Both the position numbers and the translations under genes were made by a program. From Malacoraja senta (lineage: Eukaryota): a stretch of 60,000 nucleotides of DNA. The stretch is from NCBI GenBank assembly GCA_038087875.1, contig CM075995.1, positions 7,690,001 to 7,750,000 on the forward strand, written 5' to 3'. Below, piece after piece: positions 52,865 through 60,000 of this stretch (its first letter is position 1; every line of letters starts with the position of its first letter). The notes under the pieces were generated by a model, which saw nothing but the letters and a program-made list of their open reading frames with translations, ran no database searches and was not told the DNA's origin.

Positions 52865-53718
52865 TCAGAGTGTTATCACGGTTCCATCTTCCTCGATGCC
52901 GCCTCGGGTGAGAGCGAGACTGTGCCTCGCCTCAGCTTTGATTGCAGTCAACGTGTTAAGTATGCTCGCTCTGTTTTCTCGAATGGAGTCATTGAACGCC
53001 AGTTCCTTCTGCAGCCTCTGGCTGAGATTACCGACGGTTGTCTGGGAAGCGGCACAGGAGGAAGGCGGCGGCTTGAAGGGAATGCTGTGCGTGTCGTTGG
53101 TCCCCTCGATGATAATGTCAGCTTCCTCGTCGCTTTCGTCCTCGGGGTTGTAGTTGTGCATGGCGTGGGCAGACGACAGGCTGTGGTGACTGGACGTGCT
53201 GTCGTTGGAGTGGCCAGAGCTACCAGACATGCGGCTGCTGCGGATAACATTGTTCCTCTGGTTGACTGGCTTCACCGTGACGATCAGGTTGTGGCTGTTG
53301 GCGATCATCATGTCTGTAACCTGATCCAGAGTTTTCCCCATCACCTCGATCCCATTTACCTCCAGCACTTCGTCGTTAACAGCCAGGAGCCCCGTGCTTT
53401 CGGCTAAACCTCCCGGCACCAGCCTCGAGATGAAGATGCCGGGAACCTTTTCTAGGCCGTGCGCGGTCACTCTCACGCTGGTGCCGTCTCGAATGTAGAA
53501 TCCCAGGGGCTTCTCGCATCCGTGCTTGTACAACCGCACTCTCCGGTGAGTTTCAGGCAGAATGTCCACGTCAATAATGGAAGAAACCGGTCTGAAGTCT
53601 TGAGGAACGCTAATACTGAGGTGAACACGCTTCCGGAGGGTGTCGTTTCGGAGACCTCCAAGAGGTTTCTTCTTTCTTGTCAATGAATCGGTGCCAAAAA
53701 GATCGTAGTCTACCTCTT
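52865..53718 (-). CDS. PARD6G: Partitioning-defective 6 homolog, most like PARD6G; last coding exon (semi-CRIB, PDZ domain, C-terminal PDZ-binding tail)
   Basis: Acceptor tgactttttcag|AA GAG GTA GAC; encodes [38 protein letters not shown], the PDZ domain and ...EEDGTVITL*, with TGA at 52865-52867. HGCEK, GKTLDQ and [12 protein letters not shown] match the gamma paralog. Upstream exons were not seen in the window. Confidence 0.9.
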
Positions 53719-56700
53719 CTGAAAAAGTCAAAAGCAAATTTCTGAAAAGGTTCATTCATAATATTGTGCATCATCTAGGACGAAATTTAATACAAAATAT
53801 AGAGCCATAGAGTCACACATCGTGGAAACACGCCCCTTGGACCTACTTGCCCACACCGGCCAACATGTCCCAGCTACACTAGTCCCACCTGCCCGCGTTT
53901 GGTCCATATCCCTCTAAACCTCTCCTATCCATGTATTAAGTGTTTCTTAAATGTTGGGATAGACCCAGCCTCAACTACCTCCTCTGGCAGCTTGTTCCAT
54001 ACATCCACCACCCTTTGTGTGAAAAAGTTACCCCTCAAATTCACATTAAATATTTTCCCCTTCACCATAAGCCTATGTCCTCTGATGCTCCAGACCCACT
54101 CTGGTTAAGAGACTCCGTGCATCTACCCGATCTATTCCTCTCATGATTTTATACACCTCTGTAAGATCACCCCCTCATCCTCCTGCGCTCCAAGGAATAG
54201 AGTCCTAACCTACTCAATCTCTCCCGATAGCTCAGACCCTTGAGTCCTGCACTTATGAACTGTTGTTTAGAGATTCCAAATAGCAAAGCATTTCCAGAGA
54301 ACAAACCTGCTATTTGAGATATTTTAAACCTATTTCAAGTCCAACTGGTTGCCATGTAGACATTTCAAAGCGATAATATAGAATTAAACATCAATTAGAA
54401 TTCACAATGATAAACATTAGACAAGGAATGCATTATAGCAAAAATGCTAAAAAGCATTAGTAAATTAATTTTATGCCTTTTAGTCAAAATTATTCAATCG
54501 GATTACATAATGCAATTTAAAAATAGTGAAGATAAACACAAAATGGTGGAGTAACTCAGCGGGTCTGGCAGCATCTCTGGATATAAAGGATGAGTTTTGA
54601 CCTTTCTTCAGACTGAAAGAAGGGGGAGGGGGGTGAGTGATGGGTGGAAGAGAAGAGGTGGAGGCGAGAAAAGATAGTGCTGCACAATTAAACAGAAGCC
54701 CTGTGTTGGCAGAGGAAATGCCACACCTCCAAAACTGCCTTCCTCTTCAGCGACTGCCTGCCCCATTCGACGGGGAGTCTGAAGTTCCCACCCTGGCCTT
54801 ATTTGCCACTTCAGAGAACCCATTAAACTGAAGTGATTCCCTTGAGAGACGACCGAAGATCAGGGTGAACTTTTAACGAAATGGTCAGTGCACTTGATGT
54901 TAAAATTGGAGGAAGCTTCAATTAGTCTAAGTGATTAACGCTACAAAAATATTATTTTAAAAATGCAATTTTTTAGAGATTCATGTAGGCAAATAACAAA
55001 CTACTGTCAGTGTCATGCAACAAGAGGCTACAGATGATAGTTTGTTGCTCCAGCTTCTATCTGCTGGTGGAACTGAGCGGGCAAGCAGCATTTGTGGGAT
55101 GTGGGTATTGAAGGTACTGTCAACTTTCCAGGTCAAAATATTTTGGGTTAAAGCATTCATCCGTTCCAGGTGCAGAATTAGGCCATTCGGCCCATCTGCC
55201 TTTCAATCATGGCTGATCTATATTTCCCTCTCAACCCCATTCTCCTGTCTTCACCCCATAACTTCTGACCCCTGTACTAATCAAGAATCTATCAATCTTC
55301 ACCTTAAAAATACCCAATGACTTGGCCTCCACAGCCTTCTGTGGCAATGAATTCCACAGATTCACCACCCTCTGAATTCCTCCGCATCTCCTTCCTAAAA
55401 GAACGTCCTTTAATTCTGAGGCTGTGACCTCTGGTCCTAGACACTCCCACTAGTGGAAACACCTCTCCACATCCACTCTATCCAAGCCTTTCACTATTCT
55501 GTACGTTTCAATGAGGTGCCCCCTCATCCTTCTAAACTCCAGCAAGTACAGGCCCAGTGCCTTCAAAGGCTCGTCATACGTTAACCCGCTCATCCCTGGG
55601 ATAATTCTTGTAAATCTCCTCTGGACTGTATTGCATGAAATGTCCTGATTGTGCAAAACTGTCTGCTTCTAAATATAGAAACTGTTTACAGGAGCGGTGG
55701 ACAATGTCAACGGGTGAATACGAGAGATTGTGCTTCGGATGTTTATCATTTCGGTGTCAGTTTGTATTAAACAGGTAGCTTTGGTCACAAAAGATTTGGC
55801 CTCTTTTTTTTTCTTTTAGGTGCTTCGAATACCATTCAGTTCAATCTATTCAAGTCACAATCATCTTCAGTGACTTAATTCTGGTAACATATTAGAGCTT
55901 GGCTGCTGGTTATAGACACAAAAAGCTGGAATAACTCAGCGGGTCAGGCAGCATCTCTGGAGAAAAGGAATAGGTTAACGTTTCCGGTCGAGACCCTTCT
56001 TCAGACTCTGGTTGCTGGTTAGATGTATGTTCCCCAGAGATGCTGCCTGAGCCGCTGAGTAACTCCAGCATCTGTAGTTCCTTGTTTCTATGTATTCATC
56101 AATAACCTACTCTCTGGGTTGGATTTCATTGGGCCCGAAACCACACAGGTTCAGATCAAAGAGTTAAATCCTAGAGGTGAGATGAGAGCGAATTGCCTTG
56201 ATATCAAGGCAGCATTTGAATGAGTATGGCGACATTGGGAAAAGTAAAGTCAATGGATGTCAAAGCAAACAGACTCCAGTTTAATTTAGTTTATTGTCAC
56301 GTGGACGTCGGTACAGTGAAACACTTTTTTGTTAGTGGGCTGGAGTTGGAGGTTTATCGTGGCATCTGCAGAATACCATTGCAAAGGTCACTCAGCTTTC
56401 TGGGCCTGACATTTGAACCGCTTCATCAAGAAGGTGGCATCACAGGTAGATAGGGTGGTCAATAAGGCTTTCAGCAAATTGCCCTTCACCAGAGGGTATT
56501 GAGTATAGAAGTTGGGAGGTCGTGTTCCAGTTGTACAAAATATAGGTGATGCTACATTTAGAGCATTGTGTTCAGTTTTGGTCACCTTGTTATAGGAAAG
56601 CTGCCAAGCTGGGAAGGGTGCAGAGAGGATTTACGAGGATGTTGCCAGGACTCGAGGATCTGAGCTATAGAGAGGTTGTGCAGACTAGGACTCTGTTCCT

Positions 56701-56800
56701 TGGAGCGCAAGAGGATGAGGAGCGATCCTACAGAGGAATAGATCAGGTGAACACACAATCTCTTGCCCAGAGTAGGGGGAATAGAGAACCAGGAGGCATA

Positions 56801-58441
56801 CAGTGCGCTCCATAATGTTTGGGACAAAGACATATCATTTATATATTTGCCTCTGTACTCCACAATTTGAGATTTATAATAGAAAAAAAATCAAGTGGTT
56901 AAAGTGCACATTATCAGATTTTATTAAAGGGTATTTTTATACATTTTGGTTTTACCATGTAGAAATTACAGCAGTGTTTATACATAGTCCCCCCCATTTC
57001 AGGGCACCATAATGTTTGGGACAAATGGCTTCACAGGTGTTTGTAATTGCTCAGGTGTGTTTAATTGCCTCCTTAATGCAGGTATAAGAGAGCTCTCAGC
57101 GCCTAGTCTTTCCATCACCTTTGGAAACTTTTATTGTTGTTTATCAACATGAGGACCAAAGTTGTGCCAATGAAAGTCAAAGAAGCCATTATGAGACTGA
57201 GAAACAAGAATAAAACTGTTAAGAGACATCAGCCAAACCTTAGGCTTACCAAAATCAACTGTTTGGAACATCATTAAGAAGAAAGAGAGCACTGGTGAGC
57301 TTATTAATCGCAAAGGGACTGGCAGGCCAATGAAGACCTCCACAGCTGACAGAAGAATTCTCCCTATAATAAAGAAAAATCCCCAAACACCTGTACGACA
57401 GATCAGAAACACTCTTCAGGAGTCAGGTGTGGATTTGTCAATGACCACTGTCTGCAGAAGACTTCATGAACAGAAATACAGAGGCTACACTGCAAGAAGC
57501 AACCCACTGGTTAGCTGCAAAAATAGGATGGCCAGGTTACAGTTTGCCAAGAAGTACTTAAAAGAGCAACCACAGTTCTGGAAAAAGGTTTTGTGGACAG
57601 ATGAAACGAAGATTAACTTATATCAGAGTGATGGCAAGAGCAAAGTATAGAGGAGAGAAGGAACTGCCCAAGATCCAAAGCATACCACCTCATCTGTGAA
57701 ACACGGTGGTGGGGGTGTTATGGCCTGGGCATGTATGGCTGCTGAAGGTACTGGCTCACTTATCTTCATTGATGATACAAGTGGTGATGGTAGTAGCATA
57801 ATGAACTCTGAACTGTATAGACACATCCTATCTGCTCAAGTTCAAACAAATGCCTCAAAACTCATTGGCCGGCAGTTCATTTTACAGCAAGACAATGATC
57901 CCAAACATACAGCTAAAGCAACAAAGGAGTTTTTCAAAGCTAAAAAATGGTCATTTCTTGAGTGGCCAAGTCAATCACCCGATCTGAACCCAATTGAGCA
58001 TGCCTTTTTTTTATGCTGAAGAGAAAACTGAAGGGGACTACCCCCCAAAACAAGCATAAGCTAAATATGGCTGCAATACAGGCCTGGCAGAGCATCACCA
58101 GAGAAGACACCCAGCAACTGGTGATGTCCATGAATCGCAGACTTCAAGCAGTCATTGCATGCAAAGGATATGCAACAAAATACTAAACATGACTACTTTG
58201 ATTTACATGACATTGCTGTGTCCCAAACGTTATGGTGCCTGAAATGGGGGGGAGACTATGTATAAACACTGCTGTAATTTTTACATGGTGAAACCAAAAT
58301 ATGTAAAAATGGCCTTCATTTAAATCTGACAATGTGCACTTTAACCACATGTGATTTTTCTATTACAAATCTCATATTGTGGAGTACAGAGGCAAATAAA
58401 TAAATGATGGGTCTTTGTCCCAAATATTATGGAGGGCACTG
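56801..58441 (+). mobile_element. Full-length Tc1 DNA transposon with long (~220 bp) IR-DR-type TIRs
   Basis: ta|CAGTGCGCTCCATAATGTTTGGGACAAAGA ... TCTTTGTCCCAAATATTATGGAGGGCACTG|tt. The inner direct repeat cataatgtttgggaca recurs near 57008. It is inserted in a CR1 3' fragment. Confidence 0.93.
57149..58186 (+). pseudogene. Tc1 DD34E transposase, disrupted
   Basis: ATG at 57149; motifs WTDETK, KHGGGGVMAW, QQDNDPKH and SPDLNPIE, with 34 residues between the second D and E. Frameshift near 57221, in-frame TAG at 57648-57650, frameshift in a T-run near 58010; ends GYATKY*. Confidence 0.9.
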
Positions 58442-58519
58442 TTGGTTTACCGTAAGGGGAGAAAGATTTAATGGAAACCTGAGGGGTAACTTTTTTTTAC
58501 GCAAAGGGTGGCGGTGTAA

Positions 58520-59878
58520 TTAAAGTTATTAAAGATAGGATAGCAGCACATTTGGAAAGTGGTGAAATCATTGGACAAAGTCAGAATGGATTTACGAAAG
58601 GTAAATCGTGTCTGACGAATCTTATAGAATTTTTCGAGGATGTAACTAGTAGAGTGGATAGGGGAGAACCAGTGGATGTGTTGTATCTGGACTTTCAGAA
58701 GGCTTTCGACAAGGTACCACATAAGAGATTAGGATACAAACTTAAATCACACGGTATTGGGGGTTCAGTATTGATGTGGATAGAGAACTCGCTGGCAAAC
58801 AGGAAGCAAAGAGTAGGAGTAAACGGGTCCTTTTCACAATGGCAGGCAGTGACTAGTGGGGTACTGCAAGGCTCAGTGCTGGGACCCCAGCTATTTACAA
58901 TTTATATTAATGACCTGGATGAGGGAATTGAAAGCAACATCTCCAAGTTTGCGGATGACACTAAGCTGGGGGGCAGTGTTAGCTGTGAGGAGGATGCTAG
59001 GAGACTGCAAGGTGACTTGGATAGGCTGGGTGAATGGGCAAATGTTTGGCAGATGCAGTATAATGTGGATAAATGTGAGGTTATCCACTTTGGTGGCAAA
59101 AACGGGAAGGCAGACTATTATCTAAATGGTGGCCGATTAGGAAATGGGGAGATGCAGCGAGACCTGGGTGTCATGGTACACCAGTCATTGAAAGTAGGCA
59201 TGCAGGTGCAGCAGGCAGTGAAGAAAGCGAATGGTATGTTGGCCTTCATAGCAAGAGGATTTGAGTATAGGAGCAGGGAGGTTCTACTGCAGTTGTACAG
59301 GGTCTTGGTGAGACCACACCTGGAGTATTGCGTACAGTTTTGGTCTCCAAATCTGAGGAAGGACATTATAGCCATAGAGGGAGTGCAGAGAAGGTTCACC
59401 AGACTGATTCCTGGGATGTCAGGACTTTCATATGAAGAAAGACTGGATAGACTTGGCTTCTACTCGCTAGAATTTAGGAGATTGAGAGGGGATCTTATAG
59501 AAACGTACAAAATTCTTATGGGGTTGGACAGGCTAGATGCAGGAAGATTGTTCCCGATGTTGGGGAAGTCCAGGACAAGGGGTCACAGCTTAAGGATAAG
59601 GGGGAAATCCTTTAAGACCGAGATGAGGAAAAACTTTTTCACACAGAGAGTGGTGAATCTCTGGAACTCTCTGCCACAGAGGGTAGTTGAGGCCAGTTCA
59701 TTGGCTGTATTTAAGAGGGAGTTAGATGTGGCCCTTGTGGCTAAGGAGATCAGGGGGTATGGAGAGAAGGCAGGTACGGGATACTGAGTTGGATGATCAG
59801 CCATGATCATATTGAATGGCGGTGCAGGCTCGAAGGGCCGAATGGCCTACTCCTGCACCTATTTTCTATGTATCTATG
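58520..59878 (+). mobile_element. CR1 LINE, 5'-truncated, with an uninterrupted 411-aa RT/C-terminal ORF2 segment
   Basis: ORF 58552..59787 has YLDFQKAFDKVPH, QGSVLGP, KFADDTK and [13 protein letters not shown]; short 3'UTR ending in (tctatg)n. Confidence 0.95.
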
Positions 59879-60000
59879 TGTATGGAAAGAGCTGCCATAT
59901 GACGTACTGGAAGCTGATAGTATTCCGCCTTTTAACAAACATTTAGACAGGTACATGGATAGGACAGGTTTAGAGGGATATGGGCTAAACGCAGGTAGGT

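Noticed and set aside
52776..53686. Plus-strand and alternative-frame ORFs overlapping the PARD6 exon
   Set aside because: Shadow ORFs of a GC-rich coding exon with no recognisable protein similarity.
52865..53718. Assignment to PARD6A/PARD6B, or a processed pseudogene
   Set aside because: PDZ-region residues favour the gamma paralog. The ORF is intact, starts at a proper splice acceptor and lacks the PB1 exons, as expected for a genuine last exon.
54690..54870. Unique, moderately GC-rich stretch in the PARD6G intron (short ORFs 54608..54823 and 54637..54831)
   Set aside because: No PB1-domain similarity or convincing splice signals; function cannot be supported without conservation data.

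Overview
Repeat-dense eukaryotic (vertebrate) genomic DNA. The HE1/V-SINE, CR1 and Penelope content points to a cartilaginous fish, probably a skate or ray (inference). Two host genes lie on the minus strand. Eight internal coding exons of RANBP9 (exons 2-9 by human numbering, 44394->2659) all have GT-AG borders and compatible phases, and one is a 23-nt microexon. The last coding exon of a PAR-6 polarity gene, most like PARD6G, lies at 53718->52865. RANBP9 exon 1 is not visible, and a 200-N gap (47541-47740) sits between the two genes. The rest is transposon debris: many 5'-truncated CR1 LINEs, HE1-type SINEs, Rex1/Babar and L2 remnants, Penelope fragments with hammerhead-like cores, a full-length but broken IR-DR Tc1, a Harbinger-like MITE and a nested composite Helitron. 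The best find is a ~145-bp TSD-flanked retroposon (34003-34147, minus). Its first 54 nt fold into a minimal HDV-like self-cleaving ribozyme and it ends in a (GAA)n tail. It lies in sense orientation about 240 nt inside RANBP9 intron 3, and a candidate Ingi/Vingi-type partner LINE fragment is at 51105-51412. Repeat boundaries are approximate, read by eye. Exon, TIR, TSD and ribozyme coordinates were counted from the sequence.
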